In this document: one piece after another, positions 1-12,000 of the stretch
Position numbering within the stretch: position 1 is the stretch's first letter
Layout of the letters: each line of letters begins with the position of its first letter
DNA from: Dirinaria sp. TL-2023a
Lineage: Eukaryota
Assembly: GCA_051941275.1 (NCBI GenBank)
Contig: JAVEBF010000006.1
Coordinates: 46,593-66,592 of the forward strand
Direction: 5' to 3'
Length of the DNA: 20,000 nucleotides
Notes under the pieces: model-generated
What the model was told of the DNA's origin: nothing
Seen by the model: the letters and a program-made list of their open reading frames with translations, nothing else
Databases searched by the model: none
Made by a program: the position numbers and the translations under genes

Positions 1-430
1 ACCTGGTAGTAAACGTTGGTTTCCGTGGCCGCATTGTTGGTGGTACCAAATCCCCAGACACGTGCAGTTTTGAAGCCACTCTAATCACAGTTAATTCATG
101 CTCAACGAACAGTTTCAGAAACTTGATACTGACCGCAGCGATTTGGGACATGGCTTGGTCGACATCAGCGTTGCTGGTTAGATGACCAAGATACCAAGCA
201 TTTGTCCCTACATAAGTGTCAACAACGGTTTGCTTTCCAAGAGCGCGTTTAAACGAACCAGAAAAGTACTCCACTTTCCCTGCAATGTTGAAGAGCCTGC
301 CACTAGTGGAAGGGTACGTGGTACCCCGGGCTTCAATGGAGACGGCAGCTTTGTCATGAGTAGGGGCAGGTGCACTCCTGACGAGGCTGAGGCCGGCGCA
401 CAACAGCGAAAGGACTACTTGGAGATACAT
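1..430 (-). CDS. Secreted glycoside hydrolase family 5 endo-beta-1,4-mannanase (GH5_7-like), 5' part; gene continues beyond the left edge
   Basis: Not in the ORF track; reconstructed by hand. Exons 430-259, 207-134, 80-<1, with GT..AG introns 258-208 (51 nt) and 133-81 (53 nt). Translation: MYLQVVLSLLCAGLSLVRSAPAPTHDKAAVSIEARGTTYPSTSGRLFNIAGKVEYFSGTNAWYLGHLTSNADVDQAMSQIAASGFKTARVWGFGTTNNAATETNVYYQ. It has a signal peptide and the fungal GH5 mannanase N-terminal motifs F-x-I-x-G..YFxGTNxxx..NADVD..G-x-K-x-x-RVWGF..VYYQ. Confidence 0.88.
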   Translation of the reverse strand, partial: MYLQVVLSLLCAGLSLVRSAPAPTHDKAAVSIEARGTTYPSTSGRLFNIAGKVEYFSGSFKRALGKQTVVDTYVGTNAWYLGHLTSNADVDQAMSQIAAVSIKFLKLFVEHELTVIRVASKLHVSGDLVPPTMRPRKPTFTTR

Positions 431-2542
431 ATTGGTGAGAGCTCAGAACGTAGTGAAAAGGTCCTGTTGCAAGTTGAGAGCGAGACATGGCTTCTTATAC
501 CTGTCCAGTGTGAATAATGCTCTCTCTAAGGCTTGCGAGATGGACAATTTGCATGTTCCTGGTCCGAAATGGCCATCACCTAGATCCTTGCTATCGCAGT
601 GATCATACCTTAGGCTCAAGACCTACAGCGGTGCCTTAGCTTTCGATAGTGTTAAAGAAGTAGCCACGGAAACTAATTTAGTGTCTTGTGCAAGGGGCTC
701 AACATTGTGGAATTGCGGGGGACCTGATTCTCGCCACTTTGCTCATTGGTGAAAATGGCCTGTTCCAGTGACATGGATACGTTATGTATGCATGAGGTAC
801 TGTGGTCCAGATACGGTAGGTGGCACCTTAGTTCCCGCCTAAAAGCAATTGGTTGGAGTTAGATATACTAAAGCGTCCCTAGCATCTCTCGTGTTCAGTG
901 ACTCCGGCTCATCAAATGCTTGTTGCTAAGACACCCGGCTTTGCTGGAGAACCAAATACCACTAGCAAGCGTTCGAGAACATTCTTAGCAGCACGCAGAT
1001 CTCACGTCCATACATCTACCAAGCGTGTGTCTAGATAGATTACCGAACGTAGTCCGCCTTCCTCATATACAGGGTTTCCAGCGTGCTGTTCCTCACATAA
1101 TAGCGTAGCACTTGCGGTACATTTTGACATATGACAGCAGGCACTAATGAAGCAAGCTTTTGCACCATTGATGCTTGAGGTTGGGAACTGTATTGAGGGA
1201 TAGGAAAATGGGAGTCGGGGTCAGGCTTTTCAATTGGGTCTGGACTCCACAAGGCCTAAGTTGCAGCTTTTGGGTCGTACACTTTCAAAAGAATCGACTA
1301 ATTTTTGCCGCATGATATGTAGCAATTTGACTGCAGTATATGTGCTTCTCGACCAAGCCTCTTGTCCAAGGACACGGGATCGTTGCATTGTCGTCACCTA
1401 TAGGGCTTTGTTTTTCAGAACAGCCAGAATAAGCGGTGAGGGCAGTGTTGCAACATACTATCTTGGCACAAAGAAATACTATTGACGATACGAAAGTAGC
1501 GGTTACTCATTACTCAGGTATCGTATGATCAGGCCACACCTCCAGCTGAATCAATAAATTGAACCAGATATTGAATTTCAAATTTTTCTCATCTGCTCGC
1601 TTCTGAATGAACTTTTTTTTGACAGAGTCAAAGCGTTGACATATGCACATTTTAGGCTTTCCTCACGTAATGGGCTTGTATTAGCTCTTTCGCATGCGAG
1701 TCTGGTCATCAGCGAAGGCATATCTGCGGCTGAAGTCGATCGATTGCTGTTTGATCCAATGGTTGCTTGCTGGGCCTGTCTACCGAGCTGCTTTCGGGAC
1801 ACCTTCGTCTACCGTGGCTTGAGCTTCAACCAAGTCAGCAAAATCCGCATTTCCTTTCCACTTTCGTTCTAGGAAGAAAGATGGTCCACCATCCCAATGC
1901 TGTTTTCAGTCTTGTACGCTGCAGCGTAAAAGATAGCGACAAGAAGGCAGTCCACAGTTCACACGAGCTGATTGATATTGCCGCTGATGTAATCCGGAGC
2001 TTTTGGAAGCCTGGACTTCGAGAGCTGCCTCCCCTGAGCTAAAAATGACTTTCAAACTGATCTTGCTACTCTCCTTCAGACAGTTCAGATGGGAAAAACG
2101 TGGAATAGAAGGAGGAACGACGTCTGTCACTTCGGTATGTCAACAGAAGACTTCTGAATTTTTCTAGCCTCAAGAAACATGATGAAGACGTTGCAGAATG
2201 ACTAGAGTAAGCGTAAAGAATAATAACGAGAAGGATCAAAGATATACCTATGTAGGGTCAAATGGAAGAATGAGGCGGAAATGCAGCCAAGTCGAGTCAG
2301 CCGGTGAAAAGAGCAACCGACAACCGAAGTTTTGCCGGAGATTTCGCTGGTGGCTTCTTTTTAACCAAGTAGACAGTCACGATGATATACTATCAGCGAG
2401 AGGTTTTTCCCCTTTACCAAACTAGTAATCCTCTACCAGAGATCTGAAATTACGTCCAGACTGCGGACGTCTGCGACACTGAGTATGATGAAATGTGATC
2501 AACGCTACTACTCCACTACAACTGTTACGCCCACTGTCTAGC

Positions 2543-4274
2543 ATGGCGTCTGGCTATCATCGGCTTTCAATCAATGATGAGTCTTTCCCTGAAAGTCCCT
2601 TCATACCGAATAGCTCGATCAAAAGCCTCAGCCCCAAGAGTACAAGGAGTGGCAAGTCCAGCCATGGCGACTCTTCCCATGCGGCCTCGGTCCGTCGAAA
2701 ACACAGACTCATCTCTATCGCTGCCGGCACCGTCATGTGTCTTTTCGGGTACGAGCAAGGCGTCTTCGGCGGGATCATCGTAGGCCACGAATTCCAACAG
2801 TACTTTCATGACCCATCTCCGTCCATGATCGGCCTGGTGACCAGCGTGTATGATCTCGGTTGCTTTGCAGGAGCGATACTTGCCTTGTTTGTTGGAGAAT
2901 GGCTCGGTCGAAAACGCATGCTGATCGTCTTTACAATCATCATGACATCGGGCATCCTGGTGCAGACGGCTGCACACTCCGTGACTCATCTCATCTGGGG
3001 TCGGATCATTGCTGGGATTGGGAATGGAGGGAATACCAGTACCGCTCCTGTGTGGCACGTCGAGACGAGCGTGCAAAATGCAAAGGGCAAGGCGGTGGTC
3101 AAGGAGATGGTCGTCAATGTGGTGGGGTTTATTCTTGCTAATATCTTTACGCTGCTATTCAGCGGATTGAATACCGAGGCGCAATGGAGGTTCCCGTTAG
3201 GTATCCAGCTTATTTTCATCGTAATTATCCTAACAATGGTCCCTTTGCTTCCAGAGAGCCCAAGATGGCTACTCTCGAGAGGAAGAGATGCCGAAGCAAA
3301 AGACATCCTTGCGTCTTTGAACGAGCAAGACAGCGAAGAGGAATTTCTCGCTATACGGCAGTCCGTCAGGATTGAGCAGGCTACAGAGGCTTCATGGGCT
3401 CAGATTTTCAAGGGTGGTCAAGCCAGCCGAAGATTGCTGCTGGGAATGTTACTTCAAGTATGGTGCGTTTGGACTCCACCGTTTTCGAGACAATTGTCTA
3501 TTGAACTGGATCCACTCACCATATCTTAGCCAACAACTGACCGGTATTAATGTTCTTTGTTACTTTCTTCCACTCGTCCTTCATAAGTCAGTCGGTCTGT
3601 CCGAATTCGCCTCTCGTGTTCTGGCCACGGCGACTGCCCTCTTTTACCTGTCAGCAGCCGCCGTCTCCCTTCGGGTTATTGAAGCTTTTCGCCGCCGCAC
3701 CCTGCTTATGTCCATGGCCGCGATGCAGGCTCTTGCTTTTCTCGGTGTCGCCATCAGCACGGAGGTGGGTCACGACCTTACTTCGGGCATCATCGCTACC
3801 GTGTGTATTTCGGGGTATTTTATTGCCTTCGGCTTCGCCTGGATCGCCATTCCGTGGCTATACCCAGCAGAGATCAACTCGCTGAGTATGCGAACGAAGG
3901 GCGCTGCATTGGCAACAGCATGCGACTGGCTTTTCAATTATGCGGTCGTGCAGACAACGCCGATAGGGATGCATCACTTGCATTGGGGGATTTACCTGAT
4001 CTATGCAACACTGAATGCAGCATTTGTGCCAGTCGTGTATTATCTGGTGGTGGAAACCTCGGGACGCAGTCTGGAGCAGATTGATAGATGGTTTGAGCTT
4101 AATCCAGGGTGGTTGGTGCATAAGGCGGACCATTCCCCTGTATTTGAGAAAATGACTGTACGCGGTCAGAGCTCAGAATCAGAATCTGCCGTCGAAGAGA
4201 GTGAAGGAATGGTGCAGGAGTTTGAGAGGGAGAACGAGAGGAGCGGTGCCACGAGGCATCGAATGAGCTTCTAA
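2543..4274 (+). CDS. MFS sugar porter (Sugar_tr), STL1-like sugar/polyol:H+ symporter, ~554 aa
   Basis: Exons 2543-3462 and 3530-4274 join ORFs 2495..3529 and 3372..4274 via a 67-nt GTGCGT..CTCAC..TAG intron (3463-3529), giving LLQVCQQLTGIN. Sugar-porter motifs: GYEQG, GEWLGRKR, GRIIAGIGNG, WRFPLGIQ, LPESPRWL, QQLTGIN, PWLYPAEINSLSMRTKG, VETSGRSLEQID. Confidence 0.93.
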
Positions 4275-4986
4275 TCGACATGGAATCCAGAATCGCACAC
4301 CTACGTAAAGCTGAGGAATCTGTCCTCAAAGCTTTCTTGGAAATCAGCTGAAAGTGGCTACACCAATCAGAACCTGGCACAGACATCATGCTTTAAAATT
4401 CTCTTACACTCGATGTCAGACATGTCAGTTGACGCGAGGAAAATTGCACTCAATTGTACTGAAGGTAGACGATAAACCATCAGGAAATGGATTTGGTACG
4501 CTGGACCCTCAAGATTCGCACACTCCAGTTTATGAATCCATGTCCTGTACTTGGGAATATCTCCGTATCTCACGCCATGCACCATTTTCGTTCATAGGAG
4601 AGTGATTTTCATATTCAACTTTCCAGAGCCTTCCATAAAGTTCAGTGTGCGAACACAATCGGATAAGACGTAATCGACCGTCTTCATCGAACTCGTCAAG
4701 CCGATCTACCTTACCTGAAGGTAAAGCAAATAGGACACCGGTGGAAGAGGGTCCAGTGATGTCTCACATTACGTTCGGCGACTGACTTGGATCAAGGGTT
4801 CGCTCGCCTGTGGGTGCTACGCTGAACGATACTGGCCAGATCATGTAAATCAATGGAAAATTCGCAGCGATAACAGCCAAGGAAACTTGAACTCACGGTG
4901 TCGTAGAGGCAAAGCATTTGTCCGCTCCTAATCGATAGTCATACTGGCTGCGTTTGAATGCCTCGAGCTTTGCACTTCTATAGCTT

Positions 4987-5591
4987 CTACGAATTCGCGA
5001 TAGAAGCGAGAACTTGTTCACTGGCGGTAACAGCACCCAAACCAACCACGATCGAGTCAAAGTACACATCAAAACGATACCCCTGCAGTCCTTGGATCCT
5101 TGCAAACTCGACCATAGCGCCGAGTGCGAAGGCGAAATCTTCCCACGTCATGCCTCGTTTCGGCCACAAATACACAGTCGCTTCTCGCTTCCATTGTTGA
5201 GAACTCGATATTTCTTTGTCGCCTTGCGAAAGAGCTTCGGTTGCTACCCACCTGAAGGTGCTGATTAGACCGGGCAGCGGTATGGGCGCTCTATATCTTG
5301 AGAAGCGAACAGATATTGGGGTCTGGTGCACATGAATGATAAACGGATCTTGAGGATGCTTGTATATGCTTGTGCTGGCGCTAATTTCGATGTCAATTTC
5401 TTGGCCTCAAATCGTTCGATCAGCTCTCAAAATTACCTAAAAGAGTCGTTCCGAACTCTTGAAAAATTGTTTTCTGGTTGCCATATTGCGCCGCTGGATG
5501 CTGTGGATCCCGGGATCGAAGCTGTCGAAGCTACGCAAAGTAATCCAAAAACTACGAATATCGTGAATCTATGTAGCGTGGCAAATATCAT
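4987..5591 (-). CDS. Small secreted hypothetical protein, ~182 aa
   Basis: Exons 5591-5437 and 5380-4987, with a 56-nt GTAATT..TTGAC..TAG intron that keeps the frame. The N-terminus MIFATLHRFTIFVVFGLLCVASTAS is signal-peptide-like, followed by N-glycosylation sequons NFS and NDS. Exon 2 extends ORF 4987..5331 (HPQDPFIIHVHQTPISVRFSRY...GMTWEDF...YRFDVYFDSIVVGLGAV). Confidence 0.75.
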
Positions 5592-8142
5592 CTTGAAAAA
5601 TTCTTTATGTTAGATTATTTGAGAGGGTGGCAAATCTGAATATGCAATTTGTAAATGTCCCAAGCCGTCGGGTCCTCTACATGAGGCATTGGCCTGAGCG
5701 CTGCATTTCGTCATGCCGCTTAATCGGTTGTCGCGAATTCTAAGCATCGCTCACGGCCACTGAAAGAGCTGCTTGACAAATTGTTACTGGAAAGCCTGTA
5801 ATAAGGTCAAAGCAAACATCGAAGCTAGCTTGTGAGAGGCGTCGGTTATGAGGCAGAGTTTGCCTAAAAATAGAAAAGTGGCGCCTCTTCTACCATCTTG
5901 AAAGTTGCGATAGACGGGTCTCCGCTGGCGAGAGAGTGACTTGTGGGTGTTCACTTGTCGTCCCAGCGCATCCGTGTCAGGAACTCGAAAGGAAAAGTAA
6001 ACCTTTCGAAGCAGGATATGAAAGTTTTGAGTACTATTAGTCCAGCGCGAGGAATTTACTGGACATTCCAGAGCTTCAGTAGTACTCAATGCCATTTTGC
6101 ATCATTCCTTTTTATTTTCTCCAGACTCATCGAAGCCAATGAGAGACCTCTCAACGAACTGCCGGAAATCGAAAAACACACTACAAAGAAAGGGCTCTTG
6201 GCATCTAGTTACTGGCGATGATATAATAAGAGAAGTTCACAAGATAGGAGAAGGCAGATGCCAGAGGCAATGGTGTCCTTATACCAGCGTATGCGTCGCT
6301 TCCTCAAAACGAAACGAACCCGGGTTTAGATCTTCGTTCACAGGTTTACTAGCCTCGATAATCGATGTCTTTTGAGAATAGCCACTCCTCGTGGAGCCAG
6401 TCAACTGAGAGTGTGCTTTCTTCAATTTATTCTAGTCTGGGTTGTTGCGCAAGATGGACTGGCTTACTAAAATGCTTACTAGCTCTGCAGTTCGTGGATC
6501 GGCGCGTGCATCTGATGTTGAAGGACTGACTTGGCAACGAGTGTAGGCATTAGCGTGGGAGGAAGATCAAATTGATGGGGTTTTCAAGGTCTTATGTATC
6601 AGAGTCAGCGTGACATTTCGGAAGTAAGGCGGTGGTAACTTACACGGCTAGCTTTCCTAATGTTGAAGATACTACAGTAGGTAATGCGTCAACGCTATAG
6701 TAATCACAAATGCCGCTTTCGCTTCGCAAGGTGTGAGACCTATAGGTGAGAAATATGCAAGCGTTGAACCACATGAACAATATTCATGCGCTAACAGTGG
6801 CTTAGTGTTGATTCTGACTGAGCTAAACATGCAAAGAAATACAGCACACTGCAAAGACATGGCATAGTCGTTGGTGATAACATAGCATGATATGTGAGAA
6901 AAATGGTGACCGGATAAATGATCAAGAAATGACGGTTCTGTCAAAGAAAAGCTCGAAATTTCTAACGTCTTCTGAGGTACTTCTGCAAGCCGCTTCTATG
7001 AAGCTTCTAGCTGCTCTTGAGGTACCCCAGATTATTGAAATGCTATTGGGCAATCCCATGATGCTGTCGCTTTTGATGCAGCCGCTTCAGTCGTCACTTG
7101 GCAGAGCATTTCGCATCCTTTCTCGAACACATCAAGACTAGGAGAATTTACAATGAACAGATCTCTTACTTTCCTATTTGCATCAAACCATAAGTCATGT
7201 GTCGCCTTTTCTCGATTAGCGGGGAGAAAGACATCCTGGATGTGCACGTCTCCGACGCGCCGGTTCCGGACACATGGTCAGGGGATACTAGCAGGAGTCG
7301 ATGCGCGCATACCAGCAAAAAGGGAATCTCATTAGCTAGGGAAGTTTGCGATGTAAGTCTTCGATTAAGCGGAGCCGGATCAGTTGTATCTTGTGGCGTT
7401 GAGTTCCATGTCGCTCCATGGCCATGAAAGCCGTCGGGTGAACGTAGACTTTCCCGGTTTCCGGTGTCGCTTATCGCGTTTGCATCGGTATGACCGTCTT
7501 GCGAAGGTGGAATGATCGGTATTTTATGTTATCTGCATTAGTACATCCACCTCTCCAGTTATAGTAAGTTTACTTCGGTGCCTCCATGTACTGGTACTTG
7601 ATCGTGCTTTTGCCCATCTCATACTTCCTAGTGCTGGCACCACATTTTCGCGTCTGCCACATAAGTTCTTCAATTTTCTCCAACTCCGTCGTCTCAAATG
7701 TCTAGTCAAAGCTGGCATGGCATGGCTCTGTAGAATCGAGTCCAGATGTTCAAGGGTGCGAGCCGAAGCCGTGAACCACGCGACTTTTGCATGTATTTGT
7801 GGGGCGATCTATGATGCTCTTGACAAATTTGACATCTTATGTGAAGCGCACAATACAGCTTGCAAGCACCTCACGGCATCCAACCGATCCTCGTTCCATC
7901 CCCACATCGCTACTCTCCTGCCGAGGCTTCGCGCGGGTTGATATATTCAGAATGCGATAAGCGGCTCACACAGGTGATGCTTCTCGACCAACGTCCTCAA
8001 CGATCAGTAGCTCTCACCCATCAAGTAAATCATTGCCGAGATCGCGTCTTGATAAGCCCCTCAGCTATGTAAGAAAGCAGTCTTGTACCTCATCTTGGCC
8101 GATTCTTTTCCTCTCGCGGTCGCCGTAGTTCCTTTGCCAGTG

Positions 8143-9067
8143 ATGGATGTATTGTGCCCTTCTCTTGCTTCTCATTTGGTCTGGCTGACCCTGATCACTC
8201 TTCTATGTCTCGGTGTAAATGTTCGCATCACTACACCAGTGGTCTCGGCTTCTCCTCTTGAAACCGTGGCGACCAATATCTCTGCAGTCCAGACACCAGT
8301 GTGCGATAAAACGCTTGGAGGACTGCCAGCTACGCGACCCGATCCGGACGACTGCGAAACAGCCATAGCACGCATTACTCGCGATCCACGTGGACGACCA
8401 GTCAATCGTAATTTCTTTATTAGAGACAGCGATAGGTCGTCAACGATGCCCAACGTTCATATGCCATTCTCTAAGACTTTTGGTGAGTTGCTAGAACAGG
8501 AGACCAGAGTGGATTGCAAACTGGCACCGAAGGCCTGACGATGCAGGTCAGGCACATGCACGGTACAAGCCGTCATCGCAGCCGAATTTTGGGATATACC
8601 GCACGAAACCGCTTCTTGGATCGATATGTGGGGTCCGGCACGCGACATTCTCCATCGCTGTGTGCAATCTTCGGAGACTGGGGGCCTAGTAACACGAATG
8701 GGTAGCATTTACGGCTATTAAGTTTGTCAGAGAAGGCTGATCATGAATACTAGGTCAGAACCAGAAGATTGATGTGATTGTTTATGATGAGCGGTCCATA
8801 TACGGTCTGAATAGGGTGATCAAAGAATCCAAGGACCCTGTGGCCCAGAGTATTGCCATCTCTGAGCTTCTGGATTTGCTGCAGCTGCAGAATCACCCCA
8901 TCCCAGATATATCAGTGCTGATTCATCCTGGCGCCGATAGCACAAATGGGACGAGAGTTGATACTCAAGCAATTACAGCGCGGCAAGTGGCGGATCGAAG
9001 ACAGAAGAGGCCGTCAACGAGGAACGTCCTTGCTGATTTGGGAAAAACGAAGACTCAATACCTGTAG
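8143..9067 (+). CDS. Secreted cysteine-containing effector-like protein (KP4/Ecp2-like Cys spacing), ~267 aa
   Basis: Exons 8143-8482, 8552-8701, 8754-9067; introns 8483-8551 (GTGAGT..CTGAC..CAG) and 8702-8753 (GTAGCA..CTGAT..TAG). A hydrophobic N-terminus (HLVWLTLITLLCLGV) precedes PVCDK..PDPDDCETAIARI..MPFSKTFGTCTVQ..ASWIDMWGPARDILHRCVQSSETGG..IDVIVY. The family assignment comes from remembered motif patterns, not a search. Confidence 0.78.
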
Positions 9068-10169
9068 AACGCGACAAACAGGGTGCAGGATGTCACACCC
9101 ACACTAGATTACCAATGCGGAATTTTTTGACTTCGAGACTCAAACCATATCTAAGTCGTGTTGAATTACCTCTGGATGGAAAAGAAGATTTGATCATAGC
9201 ACCTTTGACCTTACCTGACCTATGGCCAAAATATTCAGCTGTCACGAGGCCCCGTCATCATCCGGCTATTCTCTTGTTAGCCTTGCGATGCCTCCTCTTT
9301 TCTTCAAGCTATTCTTGTAGCTTGCGCTGCTATTACCGTCTACAGAATTGCCATGGTTCTCGGCAGTCGCGGGGTCACCACTTAGTGCACTTTCTTTGCT
9401 ATGATTTGGTGTTTTTGCTTGTAGGATGATGTTTAGGCTTGCTTTGTGCCAGAAGTTTGGCAGACTTCTAATCAAGCACTTTTCACACATCAGCTTCTTT
9501 TTCCTGTTCATGAACTTGTGGTTCAAGTGAGGACGACGCTTGAAGCATCCTTCCAAATTTTATCCTTCCTTGCCGCTGCTTTAAGATTGTATGGACCAAT
9601 CCCACGATCTCATTCTTCCTCCAGCTTGGACTTCTCGAGATCCGACGAAGAAGGCCTTAGTAGAGCTCTGCTCTTAGCTGCGCAAGGTCCGTCCCCTCGC
9701 AGTCCTTTTCCGTATGATGTTCCTGATTTGATTGAACGCTGTCCAGAAAAGGTCGTGTGGGGAATAAATTTCATGGGAAAATCCAAATCTCCATCCATTG
9801 GATTCGAAGGAAGCGAGAAGACCTTGAAGATACTTTGCCTGCGACCGAAACAAAATCAATCAGGGTGGTGGAGATAAGCCGGAGATTAGATGCAGGAACC
9901 GATCTGGCACTCACGACGGCGTTCCTCGGCCCGGAATTTTAATTACAACCAGATTCCGATGTCTTGGCGCTGAGCGATAGATTTCGCCATTCATCTTCCA
10001 TTCATCGTTTTTCTCGTCTCTCGTGTAAGGTAAAAGCGATATCTCATGTCGAATGATGACCTTACTTTAACATTGCTATTTCTCTCTTACTCGTGCCGCA
10101 CACATGCGCGCCGCGTCTTGATGAAATGATCTAAGCAATCTTCAAAGTCCACAGCCTTTGTTCTCAAAG

Positions 10170-11840
10170 ATGGCTCTTCCAAACGGGAGTCGGACCTCGA
10201 ACAACATCAATAATAGCGGTGCTGACGGCGAAACTAGCCCTCTGCTGCGTGGCGAGACCCAATCTGCGTCCGTGCACGACAGTGAAGCAACCTACATACC
10301 ATCTCCTGATCATGGCAAGGCCGCCTGGCTGTTCTTAGCAGGTTGTTTCGTGATCGAGGGACTCGTATGGGGTAAGCGCTCCATATGCAGTCTTCCATTC
10401 TACCTTAAACTTGAGCCTCACTGCATGTTTCGAATACCTTGGCCAACTCAGCTTTGCTGTAGGGCTTCCATTCTCCTATGGCGTCTTCGAAAAATATTAT
10501 CCCGAACACCAGCCATGCTCCAAACACCCAGAGGGAGTAGCAGCCGTCGGAACAACCACCACGGTAGGTTTAAAATCTCAATAGAAGGAAGAATGCTAAT
10601 CGATTTCTAGGGAGTTCTGTACTTTCTATCTCCAGCTGCTGTTCTGGCTTTACAACGCTGGCCTTCCCATCGCGTTCTGATGACGGCATTAGGCCTAGGA
10701 ATGGTTGTCTTGTCTCTCGTCGCGGCATCCTTTGCCACCAGTGTCACCGACCTACTATTCACGCAAGGCGCCATGTACGGCATCGGAGGTGCCTTTCTCT
10801 ACAACCCTTTCGTCTTCTACCTCGATGAGTGGTTCATAGAGCGGAAAGGATTGGCATTCGGTATACTATGGGCTGGTACGGGAATCAGCGGCACCTTGGT
10901 GCCCCTCATCATGGAATGGGGCTTGGAGAATTATGGGTTCAGGATAATGCTGCGCTTCTGGGCAGTTGTCATGGTTCGCTAGCAACCTACTGCGCAGACA
11001 CGGCAAAGCGACGCCTTGGCTGACTCGGTACCAGTTCGCAGGTATAGCACCCTTGATGTACGTGACAAGGCCCCGGTTGCCTACGCCAAAAGAAGGAACA
11101 ACTCGACCCTTGTACCTTGGCTTCTTCCGAAACCCTACCTTTTGGATATTCCAGGCCGGCAACGTCTTGGAAGGCTTCGGGTACTTCATGCCTTCTATCT
11201 ACCTGCCGTGTAAGCAGTTTTCCCAGGCGTATTCAGACCGGCGCTGGACTAATTGAACTGATCAGCTTACGGTTCATCCCTGGGCTTCCCGCCGCTCCCC
11301 TGCACACTGGCAGTATCGATCCTCAACTGCGCTTCCGTGATCGGGACGATCCTCATCGGCTCCTTGACAGACTTCCTACACATTACGACCGTAATACTCA
11401 TCTCAGCGCTTGGCTCTGCACTGTCGGCTTTCGTGCTTTGGGGTTTGGCCACTTCGAAACCCGTACTGTACCTGTTCGCTCTTGTCTACGGCGTTTTTGC
11501 CGGTGGATACGCTGCGACCTGGGCTGGATGTCTGGGCGAGGTGCAGAGAGATTCGCGAGACGCAGAGGCAGGCGTGGTGCTTGGAATGATGGCGGCGACG
11601 AGAGGGATCGGGGCCGTGGTCAGCGGCCCCTTGAGCGAAGTGCTGTTCAAGTTTAGGCTGGGAGATGCATCATTGGCAGGTGCGTACGGCACCGAGTATG
11701 GAGTGGTCATTCTCTTCACAGGGATCACGGCGGTCCTTGGAGGTCTGGGCGCGATCGAACGGGTGCGGATCTGGGGCATGGACGATGGAGAAGTGGAGAG
11801 CATTCGACAAATTCGATGGACGCACGAGGACATGCGATAG
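10170..11840 (+). CDS. MFS transporter, monocarboxylate porter (MCH/MCT-like) family, ~471 aa
   Basis: Five exons: 10170-10371, 10463-10563, 10611-10973, 11035-11209, 11266-11840. All four introns are GT..AG and frame-consistent. Family motifs: PDHGKAAWLFL, GLPFSYGVFEKYY, TQGAMYGIGG, DEWFIERKGLAFGILWAGTGISG, GFGYFMPSIYLPSY, GVFAGGYAATW, RGIGAVVSGPLS. Confidence 0.92.
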
Positions 11841-12000
11841 ACCAGTTATCCTATTCCATAATTTCTATCATAGGCAGCGACGTTGAATCCAGTCGCGCAT
11901 GCAAATGTAAATGGCAATTCACTTTTGGTAACAGAAATCCAACTCATGAACCATTCCCCGGCAAGCTGCAAGGGGAAAGGGCCTCAACATTGATGTGTGT

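Noticed and set aside
182..517. 111-aa plus-strand ORF
   Set aside because: It is an antisense shadow of the mannanase exons.
1040..2425. Cluster of short ORFs on both strands between the mannanase and the sugar transporter
   Set aside because: I found no motifs and no consistent splice model; most start at non-ATG codons.
3372..3529. Apparent frameshift or split of the sugar transporter into two overlapping ORFs
   Set aside because: A canonical 67-nt intron (3463-3529) explains it and restores QVCQQLTGIN.
9115..9942. Overlapping 60-143-aa ORFs downstream of the effector-like gene
   Set aside because: No domain similarity was recognised and no coherent exon structure could be built.
10025..10135. 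GTAAGGT...ACCTTAC inverted repeat and an ATGATGA C-box-like motif (possible snoRNA)
   Set aside because: The arms are only 7 bp, there is no suitably placed CTGA D box, and it is compatible with chance in a promoter region.
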